A DNA stretch of 64,000 nt from Microcystaceae cyanobacterium (GTDB lineage Bacteria > Cyanobacteriota > Cyanobacteriia > Cyanobacteriales > Microcystaceae): the NCBI GenBank assembly GCA_041746575.1, contig JBGTGT010000022.1, positions 1 to 64,000 of the forward strand, given 5' to 3'. Of this stretch, positions 1-10,245 are shown one piece after another (the first letter of the stretch is position 1; each line of letters opens with the position of its first letter). Both the position numbers and the translations under genes were made by a program. A model generated the notes under the pieces. The model was not told the origin of the DNA and did not search any database. It was given only the letters and a program-made list of their open reading frames with translations.

Positions 1-141
1 ATTTAGTCAAAACTTATCTAAAACAACTGTAGTTGTTACGGATCAAGCTTCAATTCATACTAGCGATAGCTTGCTAGAAAAGTTACCAGAATGGGAGCAG
101 AAGAATTTAAAAATATTTTGGCTACCCACTTACTCTCCAAA
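1..141 (+). pseudogene. IS630-family transposase C-terminal fragment, cut off by the ISAs1 element
   Basis: Frame 2 reads ...TTVVVTDQASIHTS...LPEWEQKNLKIFWLPTYSPK, matching the IS630 DDE motifs D(N/Q)ASIH and LPxYSP. It breaks exactly where the ISAs1 left repeat begins. Confidence 0.75.
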
Positions 142-201
142 CAGGGCTATTTCATGCTAGATGGTATGATAATCGTGTTAATGTAAAGACAAACCGAATA
201 G

Positions 202-1367
202 ATGACAGAACTAGCTATCATTCAAGCCTTTGAAGGAATGCCAGATTATCGGCGAAAAAAGGGGACTAGACACTCATTATCCTTATGTTTGGCTTTGTTT
301 ACCTTAGCAGTAACCGCCGGAAATCGAGGATTTTTGGACATGGGAGATTGGCTAAAGTATCATGTAAAAGAACTCAAAGCATTATTTGAGGTCAAGAGTT
401 TGCCGTCATAGAGTGCCATCCGAAGAGTGATGTTAGATGTGGATTATCAAGATTATGCAGACAGATTAGCTAAATTCTTGAATATAATTCCATCTAAAGG
501 CGAGACAGTGAGCTTAGACGGAAAAACACTGAGAGGATCTTATCAAGTACAGAATAATAACCCTTTATAGTAAACCTCATCCTGCCATTATATGAGTCAG
601 CGCATATATAGCAGATAGAGGATTGATTTTACCTCCCAAACAGGTGGAAAGTGGTAGTAATGAAATAACCGCTTTACCAGAATTGATTAAGGATTTGGCA
701 GTAAAAGGGGTAGTATTTGCCTTTGATTCCCTAAATACTCAAAAAGCGGATGCGACCCCGCGCCGTCGCACGGACGGGGCTTACAAGGTGCGGACGCAGG
801 TTCCGCACATAGCCCCTCCGCAAGGGAACGCGCACCCAGAAAAAACGATAGAGACGATTGTAGCTACAGGAAACCCTTATATTGCTGCTGTCAAAGCCAA
901 GCAACCCACACTTGACGACGGAATTAGTCAGATGTTTACACCAACTGAGACAGTAACTCAAGTTAACAAAGGACATGGACGACGGGAAAAACGCACAGTC
1001 AGTATTATGGCATTACCACCAGACCCATTCCCTCAATGGAAAAATGCGGCCACGGTGATTAAGGTAGAAAGAGAGAGAAAGAGAAACCTGCTACTACATT
1101 TCTGATTTATCTGAATCGGCAGCCCAGTTTGCACACAGAATTCGCATTTATTGGGGAGTGGAAAATCGAGTTCATTATGTCAGAGATGTCACCTTTGGGG
1201 AAGATAATTCTCGAACTCGAACTGGGATTTTGCCCAATCTTTGGGCAATCACCAGGAATTTAGCCATCAATCTCTACCGAGAAGCTGGGTTTACTAATAT
1301 GGCACAAGCACAACGATTTTGCAGTTATGGACTTAAACATATTTTGGCTCTCTTTAGAATGAAATAG
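202..1367 (+). pseudogene. ISAs1 transposase pseudogene
   Basis: ORF fragments carry PDYRRKKG, SLDGKTLRGS, NEITALPELI, KGHGRREKR and WGVENRVHYVRDVTFGED. There are in-frame stops (e.g. 409-411) and frameshifts. Confidence 0.9.
746..841 (+). repeat. Composite small hairpin insert: a 51-nt-class element carrying a nested 45-nt-class element (774-818)
   Basis: A GC-rich 96-nt block splits TQK|KTI of the transposase. The outer part matches copies at 7737 and 8140. The inner part has the ACGG...CCTC ends of copies at 18317 and 19556. Confidence 0.85.
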
Positions 1368-1372
1368 CCCTG

Positions 1373-1500
1373 CATTCTCCCCCAACGGAAGGGGAACGAG
1401 AAATGGTAATAAGTCTGTCTGTCTGAGAAATCAAGTGTTGAGCAACAGCCGCACCAATGCCTCGACTTCCTCCTACAATAACTATGGTACCAAAACGCAT
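1373..1500 (-). pseudogene. Short-chain dehydrogenase/reductase N-terminus truncated by ISAs1
   Basis: ATG at 1500 gives MRFGTIVIVGGSRGIGAAVAQHL..., with the SDR GxxxGIG motif. The frame runs into the ISAs1 right repeat after about 42 codons. Confidence 0.75.
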
Positions 1501-1641
1501 TTTGTTTTCATTATTATTATTGATTAATTTAACTTTATCATAAACCTAAAGAAATTAATCGCAATTTTTTCATCAATGCGATCACTAGCGTTTTAGAGTG
1601 TATCGACAAGGTGTTATTTAATATCTAATTGTCGAAAAGAT

Positions 1642-2487
1642 TTAATAACTTCGAGCCTTTTCAAAGATGATTTGTGCTTTAGCAGAACCGACAAAACGCC
1701 AATGCCAAGGCTCAAAACTGACGCCTTGAAAATTATTTTCAGGAAAAGATAATTCAAAGCCATAATTACTCGCATTTTTCTCTAACCAAGTATAAGCTTC
1801 TGTATTTTGAAAAGTTAGTTTAAGATCGGTCTCAGGTTGTGTTTCATCACCAGTATCTAAAGCATATCCTGTATGATGTTCACTATATCCCGGCGGCGCA
1901 CTATATTTCTTTGCCCTTTTTTCTCCTCCTTTACGTTGAATTTGTTTGTGAAAAAGTTCTCTTTGGCTGTCAATTGTCCGAAAACCTGAAATGATTTTTA
2001 ATTTAATATTTAATTGTTGTGCAGAGGCTTTCATTTGCATAAATGCTTCTGCCGCTTCTTGATCTAAATACTCTTTGCGATCATAATAATTACCCACTTT
2101 AACTAAATTATTTTTATTTTCAGCATAGGCAAAATGATAAGGAGTATCAAAAGATTTAGGTTGAGATGAAACGGGAATTTTTATAATCGGTGAAATTGGA
2201 AAAGGAGAAGGAGATAACAATGGAGGGGTTAGAGGAGTAGATGTCGAATTAGGAGTAGGAATTGAGGGTTTAGCTAGCGTAGAAGTGGGTTGAGGAGACG
2301 GAAGTAAAGAAGGATTTGAAGGAGATAGATAAGGGATAGGAGAAATAGAAGAGGGAGAGGGGGATGAAGCAAGATCATTCGGAGAATTGAGACGAGAAAA
2401 TAACCAGACAATACTTACAACAAAAGTAGCAATGAGAAAAGGAGCGATCGGCAAAAAATACTTGGAAAGTAAGCGCAAAAAATTCAT
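1642..2487 (-). CDS. D-alanyl-D-alanine carboxypeptidase, M15B/VanY family, membrane anchored
   Basis: N-terminal TM segment, then a Pro/Ser-rich linker, then SGFR, SEHHTGYALD and EPWHWRF motifs. Start placed at MNFL (2487). Confidence 0.9.
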   Translation of the reverse strand: MNFLRLLSKYFLPIAPFLIATFVVSIVWLFSRLNSPNDLASSPSPSSISPIPYLSPSNPSLLPSPQPTSTLAKPSIPTPNSTSTPLTPPLLSPSPFPISPIIKIPVSSQPKSFDTPYHFAYAENKNNLVKVGNYYDRKEYLDQEAAEAFMQMKASAQQLNIKLKIISGFRTIDSQRELFHKQIQRKGGEKRAKKYSAPPGYSEHHTGYALDTGDETQPETDLKLTFQNTEAYTWLEKNASNYGFELSFPENNFQGVSFEPWHWRFVGSAKAQIIFEKARSY

Positions 2488-2516
2488 TGTTCTTTTTCCT
2501 GATTTTAATTTTAATT

Positions 2517-4232
2517 CTAATCTCGACTCACCAATTGCGCTCCTATCCAACCGTCCAAACCCGACTCAGGGTAATGGATATGGTACCAAAGATATCCCCC
2601 ATTATCGTACCCACTACCCATAATTTGTACACGCCGACCTGTACTAAGTTGGCCAACAACACTGTAATTTGTTCCTGCACCCGAACGAACATTTTTAACG
2701 CCAGCTGTACCGCTAATGATTGCGTTGGTGCGACTTTGGGAAACAGACTGAGAAGGGGATTGATAGGATTGTTGTCCATCTACTTTTAATAAATTACCTG
2801 CTATCCAACCTTTTGCTTGTGTTTTCGGGAAATAAATCTCATACCAAGGGAAATTATCATTATTGATTTGCTTTTGCAAGATTTTAACCCTATCATCGGG
2901 GTAGGCAATATGTCTTACGCCGTAGCTCAGTCCGGGACCTCGACGAATATTTTTAGACCCTGCTTCTCCGACAATTGTAGCATCAGTAGAAGCATCTGCC
3001 ATTGAAGCGGAAAGATTAGACGAGTAGATAGAAGATATTGGGGAATTTTGCTGTTTTAATCGTTTATTTTCCTGCCTCAAGGCTTCTAATTCTTGCAAAC
3101 GTTCATTTTCACTCTTTAATTGTTGGGTTGGTTGATCGATATAAGGATCCTCAAGGGGAGTCGGTGTCGTTTCAAAAGATTCTTCAATTGAGTCACTTTC
3201 ATGAGTTTTTTGATTATTCCAAGCGTTAATATACAAAAATCTGCCTGCTAATGCGGTTGAAGCAACAAATACCCCTGCCATGGATAGAAGCAACGGTTTT
3301 AACCAGCGAGAAGGAGAAGAAACAACTAAAGGAGCTGAATTGACGACTTTACTGGCAGAAGATAAAGGAGGAGCCAAAGAAACCTGAGTTTCTACTGGAA
3401 TTGCTGGATTTTTCAAAGCATTAGCCATTTTTTCAGCGGTCAAAAATCGTTCTTTGACATGAGAACGAATTGCACGGTTCAGAATATTAGCAAGTTCTGG
3501 ATTAACATCGCTGGCGTGTTCTTGCCAAAGAATTTCTCCTGTTAAGGGATCATTTTCTAATTCTTCGGGTCTTTTGCCTGTTAACAAATAAATTCCTGTC
3601 AATCCTAACGCATAAATATCACTGGCAAAAACGGGTCGGCCAATAGATTGTTCAGGCGGCATAAATCCCGGTGTTCCAATAATAATAGAACGGGTCGTGC
3701 GACCGGATTCAGTAACCGTTGTGTTAATAGATTCTTTGATGGCGCCAAAATCAATTAAAATGGGTAAATGATCTGAGTCTCGAAGAATAATATTTTCAGG
3801 TTTAATATCTCGGTGAATAATTCTTTTTCGTTGTAAATACTCTAAAACTTCAACTAATTGGGTTAAAATATGCTCAACTCGTTCTGAAGATAATTTCCCT
3901 TGTTCGTTAACGAGTTGTTCTAAGGTTTTACCTTCGATATATTCTTCGACTAAATAAAAGTTACCCTCTTGTTCAAAGTAAGCATACAGAACGGGAATTT
4001 GAGAATGTCCTTTCCCTAATTCTTCAATAATTTGGGCTTCTTTTTTAAAGCGTTCTTTAATAATTTCGTTAGTTTCTAAATTCTCGTTAAAAGGTTTAAG
4101 TTGTTTAATAATACGGTGGCGTTCAGCAGGGAGATGGATATGCGTATCTTCTACTAAATAAGTCGTCCCGAATCCCCCTTCGCCAATGGGACGAGTGATC
4201 CGATAATGCCCAATAAATTCTTGATTGGTCAT
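2517..4232 (-). CDS. Membrane Ser/Thr protein kinase with two C-terminal SH3b-like domains (SpkD-like architecture)
   Basis: GEGGFG, HRDIKPEN, DFG and GTPGFMPPEQ motifs, a TM segment, and two NxRxGxG...WY...GWI repeats. Confidence 0.9.
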   Translation of the reverse strand: MTNQEFIGHYRITRPIGEGGFGTTYLVEDTHIHLPAERHRIIKQLKPFNENLETNEIIKERFKKEAQIIEELGKGHSQIPVLYAYFEQEGNFYLVEEYIEGKTLEQLVNEQGKLSSERVEHILTQLVEVLEYLQRKRIIHRDIKPENIILRDSDHLPILIDFGAIKESINTTVTESGRTTRSIIIGTPGFMPPEQSIGRPVFASDIYALGLTGIYLLTGKRPEELENDPLTGEILWQEHASDVNPELANILNRAIRSHVKERFLTAEKMANALKNPAIPVETQVSLAPPLSSASKVVNSAPLVVSSPSRWLKPLLLSMAGVFVASTALAGRFLYINAWNNQKTHESDSIEESFETTPTPLEDPYIDQPTQQLKSENERLQELEALRQENKRLKQQNSPISSIYSSNLSASMADASTDATIVGEAGSKNIRRGPGLSYGVRHIAYPDDRVKILQKQINNDNFPWYEIYFPKTQAKGWIAGNLLKVDGQQSYQSPSQSVSQSRTNAIISGTAGVKNVRSGAGTNYSVVGQLSTGRRVQIMGSGYDNGGYLWYHIHYPESGLDGWIGAQLVSRD

Positions 4233-4515
4233 GATGAATACTCAATATTATTATTAAGGATTGTGTGCTGATCCTCACACTTCACTAATAATTTCTGGTG
4301 AGCAAAAAAAAAGGTAATCAAAAAACCCACCCTTACGGCAATCACCGTACCACAACTTCATCACGAATCAGGGAAACTTAATAAAGATTACAGAATATCA
4401 TCAAAAATGGCTTAATATTTGCGACAGATGATGACGGAGGGAGTCGAGAGAAAATGATGGATTTTCTATAAAGTTCCCGAATCTGATTGTAGTCAAACTC
4501 ATTAAAATTAAATGT

Positions 4516-6543
4516 CTAATGAGGAAAATGAATCACTAAAATCGACAATTGAGGATGAGAACGAGCGATCGCTTCTGGATCTTTGCCAACCGCCGCATTT
4601 CGTCTGAGAGGAGAGGGGAAACCACTATCCAAAATTAATAAATCCTGTGGCTGGAGATGGGAGGCTACCTGTTCCTTTAAAAGACCTTTACACTGTATGA
4701 TAGGAATATCTTCTTGATCTATCAAAGCAGTAAAGGGTTTGACAGAAGGACGTTTTTTAGAAGTAATTAACACTTGCAGACGGGCTTTAAGCGCATTCGC
4801 TAACTGTTCAGCTAATTCTAAAGTCGGTTCAAAGCCAGAAGAGCGAGCTTGACGTTCTGTTACCGCTAAGAGTACCCGATCCAAATTGGCAAGCGGCTGC
4901 ATAAATCGAGTAATCAAGATCGGCACTGGAGCGCGAGCAACCACCCGATCGAGTACACTGCCAAAAAAGTTTTCTTGATAGGTAGAATAGCCTTTCCAAC
5001 CACAAATAATTAAGCTGGCGTTGCGCTCAAAAGCAGTTCGGACAATGCCCCCCTCGATGGTATCATCAATGCGACCAATGGGTTCTACCGCAGTGACGGC
5101 ACCATGGGCTATTTGCTCCGCCACTGCCAGTAATTGTTCTTGTTCTATGCGCTCTGCCGCAGAAAGGGGTTGTCCCTTGTCCGTCAGAACATGGAGCGGC
5201 AATAAAGTTCCTTGGGCAGATTTCGCTAAAATTAAGGCTAAATTGAGTAAATTATCTTCTGTATTGGGATTAGCGACAGGCACTAATAGCCGATGTGCCA
5301 GAGGCTGAGTCTGGGACTGACCTTCACTGTTTTTTTCCATCGACGGGATCTTTCTGCCCCAACGCTCCGTAATCCAAGGAGAAAGAATGCAAGTTGCAAA
5401 AATCATCGCAATAATCCCATTCACCGTCAGCTGATCCACTAAGTCAATTTTATACGCCACCGTAATCGCCGCAAGGGTAGAAGCGGCCTGTGCCACCGAT
5501 AGACCAAACATGACCATGATACTGGGCGTGGTGAACTTAAACCATTTTCCTGCCCCCCAAGCCGCTAAATATTTACTGACCATTTCTGCCCCAATCATTA
5601 CCCCTGCAACTAAGAGAGAACGAGGCTCTTTCAGCAAAATTAGCGGATCGATTAACATTCCGACTGAAATCAGGAAAAACGGCACAAATAGGGTATTGCC
5701 AATAAATTGAATACGATTCATTAAGGGGCTTAATTGGGGAATTAAGGGTGTCAGGGCAATTCCCGCTAAAAATGCACCGATAATAGGTTCAATTTCAATT
5801 AAACTAGCAAGATAGGACACCACAAATAAGGCCGCCAACACAAAAATAAATTCGGCACTCTCATCATGACCAAAACGATGGAAAAACCAGCGACCTAGCT
5901 TAGGAACTCCCCATAAACTGGCAAACGTATAAATCGCTAAAGCCGGAATCAGAAACAGCCAAAAACTTAAGGTTAACTCTCCCCCATCGGCTTTGACAAT
6001 GATTGCTAATACCAGTAAAGCTAAAACATTGGTAATCAGAGTCGCGCCCAAAGTCGCTGTGACTGCTTGAGTTCGCATGATCCCTAGCTTGCCTAAGACG
6101 GGTAATGCCAATAGGGTATGGGAAGCAAAACAGGAAGCCACCAATAGTGCGGCTAATAAATTATAGCCTAAGGCCAGCATGGCCCAAGTTCCCAAACCCA
6201 TGGGCAACAAAAAAGTCAATAACCCGAAAATAATCGCTTTATCGGCATTTAATTTTAGATCATCAAGACTGGTTTCTAACCCAGCCATAAACATTAAAAA
6301 TAATAATCCCACCGTCCCCAATAAAATAATGGTGGCATCTCGCTCCAAAATACCTAAGCCATTGGGGCCGACCACAACCCCCGCTAAAATCAGCCCGACA
6401 ATACCAGGAAGATTAAATCGCTCAAAAAGAAGAGGCGCAACTAGCATAATTCCCAAAATCACCAGAAAAATGGCCACCGGATCATCAATTGGTTTGGGCA
6501 AAAATATCCAAGCCATCATAGGAGAAAAAGGGAATAAAAACAT
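4516..6543 (-). CDS. Cation:proton antiporter (CPA2) with C-terminal universal-stress-protein-like domains
   Basis: About 12 hydrophobic segments with LMFMAGLE and IIGAFLAG. The soluble tail has LLVPVANPNT and FFGSVLDRVV. Confidence 0.88.
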   Translation of the reverse strand: MFLFPFSPMMAWIFLPKPIDDPVAIFLVILGIMLVAPLLFERFNLPGIVGLILAGVVVGPNGLGILERDATIILLGTVGLLFLMFMAGLETSLDDLKLNADKAIIFGLLTFLLPMGLGTWAMLALGYNLLAALLVASCFASHTLLALPVLGKLGIMRTQAVTATLGATLITNVLALLVLAIIVKADGGELTLSFWLFLIPALAIYTFASLWGVPKLGRWFFHRFGHDESAEFIFVLAALFVVSYLASLIEIEPIIGAFLAGIALTPLIPQLSPLMNRIQFIGNTLFVPFFLISVGMLIDPLILLKEPRSLLVAGVMIGAEMVSKYLAAWGAGKWFKFTTPSIMVMFGLSVAQAASTLAAITVAYKIDLVDQLTVNGIIAMIFATCILSPWITERWGRKIPSMEKNSEGQSQTQPLAHRLLVPVANPNTEDNLLNLALILAKSAQGTLLPLHVLTDKGQPLSAAERIEQEQLLAVAEQIAHGAVTAVEPIGRIDDTIEGGIVRTAFERNASLIICGWKGYSTYQENFFGSVLDRVVARAPVPILITRFMQPLANLDRVLLAVTERQARSSGFEPTLELAEQLANALKARLQVLITSKKRPSVKPFTALIDQEDIPIIQCKGLLKEQVASHLQPQDLLILDSGFPSPLRRNAAVGKDPEAIARSHPQLSILVIHFPH

Positions 6544-7657
6544 ACTCGTGATGCTATCGGGTTGTTATACCGTAGTGGCTAATAATAAAGAGAATTTTAA
6601 ACCCTTGTCCTAAAATATTTTTAGGATCTTGAGATAGATGTAATTATGCTCTTGATATGTTATCTAATCGTCAATTGATTAAAAAAGCGATCGCCTATTA
6701 GAATGGGCGAGTTTTCATGTCTTTTGGCAAAACGTTTTGAAAGAGTTGGTGCTGAAGTTGCTGATTAGGAACGGGTTAAAATACGAAAGTTGGTCAGCTT
6801 CACCAAAACTGAGTTAATTATCTCTCTTTTATCAGTCTAGGCAGAAGAATAAGAAAAGTCATCCCAAAGAGCAACTGAGTAATGCAAATAGTCAAAATTA
6901 TTTATCTTGGCAATAAGCTTTGGAAATCTCAAAGAAAGTTGAGGAATTGGCAAAATTTTGAGCCACTTTGAAATAAAATTAAAGTAAAGGTAAGGTCGCA
7001 AGATTAACTAATATAAGTAAGATAAGAATAGTGTAGAGTGGCTAAAAAGTAGAGAGGACAGTGGATGTAGAATTACAAATTCTCAAACATTTGGCGAGAG
7101 ATGCAAAACCAACAGTAGTTGTCATAGATCAATATTGTGAAGGATATAAACATCTTTTTACAGAAGTGAGAAGCTATGAATGTTTCAAATATTTACATTT
7201 AGGAATTATCTCACCCATTAAGAAAAAATCTTTACCAGAAATTGCTAAGGTAGCCGGCATAAACTCTCCCTAATCATTACACCATTTTATAGCCAATTCA
7301 CTTGGGTCAGTGGCCGAAGTAAGAAAAACTCGACTCGGACAAACGCTAGAAGCCTTAAAAGGAGAAAAAATGATCGTAATAATTGATGAGACTGGAGAGA
7401 GGAGGAAAGGAAATAAAACAGATTATGTAGCCAGACAATATCTAGGAAGTATCGGAAAAATAGATAGAGGAATTGTCTCAGTGAATGCCTATGGAGTTTA
7501 TGATAACATTACCTTTCCCTTAATGTTTAAGGTCTTTAAGCCCAAAGAAACATTAAAAGAAGATGACCCATATAAAACTAAAATTGAGCTGGCATCAGAT
7601 ATGATCACCGAATTAATTGAGTTTGGGTTTAAGACTGAATTAGTTTTGGACGATAGT

Positions 7658-7711
7658 GCGGAATGCACTGCCGCTTTCCAGCTTGAATTGAATTCAAGCT
7701 GGGTCGGCAGT
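7658..7711. repeat. 54-nt hairpin insert
   Basis: An ACTGCCG...CGGCAGT outer stem encloses CCAGCTTGAATT-G-AATTCAAGCTGG. It interrupts the DS-L-YGES motif. Confidence 0.8.
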
Positions 7712-7736
7712 TGATACGGAGAAAGTAGCTCATTTC

Positions 7737-7785
7737 TCTTGATGCGCGTTCCCTTGTACCTTACGAAGGCGCGGGGTCGCACCGC
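7737..7785 (-). repeat. 51-nt-class small dispersed hairpin repeat (49-nt core)
   Basis: Reverse complement is GCGGTGCGACCCCGCGCCTTCGTAAGGTACAAGGGAACGCGCATCAAGA, which matches the copies at 8140 and 746. Confidence 0.88.
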
Positions 7786-8139
7786 TATTAGAACTTTAGA
7801 TAAATATCAACTTTCTTGGATTCTAGCTATTAGAAATAATCATGGAGTCTGGATGCCATCTGCTCAAAAAATTAGAGCTAATAAATGGTGTCAATTCAAG
7901 AGAGACTTTAGCGGTCAAACTTCAGAGATTAGATATATTCGAGAACTTATTTTTGGCAAGAGAAGTTCCAGAACTTATTAGGAAATTACTACTGATCCTG
8001 ACATGATACCAGATAATTCTACTTATTCTGTCATGACTAATCTCACGGCAACAACTAGCCAGATAAAAAAATATGCTTGTAATCTTTCTGGTTTAAGAAC
8101 GGAGGTTGAATATGGTTTCCGACCGTGTCAGCAAGAACT

Positions 8140-8188
8140 GCGGTGCGACCCCGCGTCGGCGTAAGACGCAAGGGAATGCGCACCAAGA
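8140..8188 (+). repeat. 51-nt-class small dispersed hairpin repeat (49-nt core)
   Basis: GCGGTGCGACCCCGCGTCGGCGTAAGACGCAAGGGAATGCGCACCAAGA splits QEL|GW. Confidence 0.88.
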
Positions 8189-8626
8189 GAGGGCTGGATA
8201 GATTATCGTTTGACTCAATTCCCCCTTATCGAAAGATGGTGGGAAATCATTATGAGTGCTTATTTGATGATTAGTTTGAATACTAACCCTTTTTATCTTT
8301 GCCCTGATCTGACGAAGCTAAAAAAGAAACTATTAACTCCCCAATTTCTCACTCTACACATCCACAATTGAATCATCAAAATGGATGGAAGAATGTTTTA
8401 AATAATCTTCGTCTAATTATTCAGTCAACTCTTTTATTAGGGTTGCTTTCTCCTTGGTTAGATATTTTTCCCAATTCATTTTTATGCTTAGGTTTCCATG
8501 ATCTAATTCAGTCTGTAAACCCGCTTCAATCATTTTACTCTTCTAGATAAATTGCTTTGTTTCTTATTTCTTAAACTCGGAGAGTGACAGAAGAGCAATA
8601 AACCCCGAAAAACTTCTTAAAAACTG

Positions 8627-9922
8627 CTAAATATCTAATCGTTGATAAATAGTTTCTAGGTTTTTCAAATGCAATTTAGGATCAAAACACTCTGCAATTT
8701 CTGAAGGCGATAAATAATGAGTTACTTGGGGATCCTGTTCAATTAATGCCCGAAAATCTCCATTAGGCTGATTCCAAGCTTGGTGCGCACATCCTTGAAC
8801 AATTTTATAAGCCTCTTCTCGACTAATCCCTTTTTCGATCAAAGTGAGTAAAACCCGTTGACTAAAAATGACCCCACCATAGACATTCATATTGCGTTGC
8901 ATATTGTCAGGATAAACCAGCAAATTCTTCACTAAATCGGTGGTTTCCTTTAACATAAAATGAGTCAAAATGCAAACATCCGGAAACATCACCCGTTCAA
9001 CCGAACTGTGGGAAATATCTCGTTCATGCCATAAAGCCACATTTTCTAGGGCAGAAACCGCATAACCTCGAATAATCCTCGCCATCCCTGTCAATCGCTC
9101 CGAACGAATAGGATTTCGCTTGTGGGGCATCGCAGACGATCCTTTTTGTCCTTTCGCGAAAAATTCCTCCACTTCTAGGACATCCGTGCGTTGAAGATTG
9201 CGGATTTCTACCGCGAAGCGTTCTAGAGAAGCGGCGAGTAAGGCTAACTGCTGCACATACTCAGCGTGTCTGTCGCGGGAAATGACTTGGGTTGAAGCCG
9301 TATCCGGAGCTAAGCCTAATTTTTGACAAGCGATCGCTTCAACTTGAGGATCAATATTAGCATACGTCCCCACCGCCCCCGAAATTTTGCCGATTGAAAT
9401 CGAACGACGTAACTGGACTAAGCGACTGCGATTACGTAAAACCTCAGCTAACCAACCTGCCAATTTAAAGCCAAAAGTGATGGGTTCAGCGTGAATACCG
9501 TGGGATCTGCCTACCATAACTGTATTGCGATGTTGTTGTGCCTGATAGCGCAAAGCTTGGATTAAGTCTTCGAGACATTCCAAGATTAGATTTAAGCTCG
9601 CTACCAATTGCAAGGCAAGGGCAGTATCCAAGACATCCGAACTGGTTAATCCTAAATGAATGTAGCGACCAGCGTCTCCGACAGACTCATTAACATTGGT
9701 CAAAAAAGCAATCATATCATGGCGGACTTCTCTTTCAATCTCTAGCACCCGCTCAAGGTCAAACGTCGCCTTATTTTTGATTTCTGCCACCGCTTCTGCT
9801 GGAATATAGCCTAATTCGGCTTGAGCTTCACAAACCGCTATTTCTACTTGTAGCCACGTTTGCAGTTTATATTCATCCGTCCAAAGTTTCCCCATGTTGG
9901 GGAGAGTATAACGCTCAATCAC
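8627..9922 (-). CDS. purB: Adenylosuccinate lyase
   Basis: GSSAMPHKRNP signature and GRSHGIHAEP. GTG start at 9922 gives 431 aa. Confidence 0.97.
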   Translation of the reverse strand: MIERYTLPNMGKLWTDEYKLQTWLQVEIAVCEAQAELGYIPAEAVAEIKNKATFDLERVLEIEREVRHDMIAFLTNVNESVGDAGRYIHLGLTSSDVLDTALALQLVASLNLILECLEDLIQALRYQAQQHRNTVMVGRSHGIHAEPITFGFKLAGWLAEVLRNRSRLVQLRRSISIGKISGAVGTYANIDPQVEAIACQKLGLAPDTASTQVISRDRHAEYVQQLALLAASLERFAVEIRNLQRTDVLEVEEFFAKGQKGSSAMPHKRNPIRSERLTGMARIIRGYAVSALENVALWHERDISHSSVERVMFPDVCILTHFMLKETTDLVKNLLVYPDNMQRNMNVYGGVIFSQRVLLTLIEKGISREEAYKIVQGCAHQAWNQPNGDFRALIEQDPQVTHYLSPSEIAECFDPKLHLKNLETIYQRLDI

Positions 9923-10245
9923 CGCCAATGCTCAAAAAAAACAACTTCTCGATCATATCTTGTTTCCTCAATATTAAATTTTAAAGAATTGTTAAATTTT
10001 TCAGAAGGATTGATGGGAATAATTCTCAGATATTTTTGGAATATGCTACTATGCCTGAGATTGGTTACCAATAATTCCCCTAAGCGGATATCTATGCTAT
10101 TTTATCTGTAAACTTTGTCATTCGTATATGGCCGGTTATCATAACGAGAGATTAGCTGAATCAAAAGAATTTTGTATTTTCTCAATCGTTCAGCTATTCC
10201 ATTACATAAAACCCTATTAAAAGCCAGTAAAAGAGGCATAACTTA

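Larger units (their letters stand above)
142..1372 (+). mobile_element. ISAs1-family insertion sequence, degenerate
   Basis: Perfect 14-bp terminal inverted repeats: CAGGGCTATTTCAT at 142 and ATGAAATAGCCCTG at 1359-1372. They enclose fragmented ISAs1 transposase ORFs. Confidence 0.9.
7061..8550 (+). pseudogene. IS701 transposase pseudogene
   Basis: IIDETG, YVARQYLGSIGK, DS-YGES and EYGFRxCxQELGW motifs. It has multiple stops and three small inserts. Confidence 0.9.
6824..8595 (+). mobile_element. IS701-family insertion sequence, degenerate
   Basis: Imperfect 15-bp inverted repeats (CTCTTTTATCAGTCT and AGAGTGACAGAAGAG) flank a broken IS701 transposase. Confidence 0.8.

Noticed and set aside
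746..841. tRNA or tRNA fragment
   Set aside because: It is GC-rich and structured, but has no T-loop GTTC(G/A)A, D-loop or cloverleaf. Nested repeats explain it.
5021..6613. Antisense ORFs opposite the antiporter, and similar ones opposite ftsH, hisH, the DUF1772 gene and the GT2
   Set aside because: They are typical antisense shadows of well-supported genes, with no motifs.
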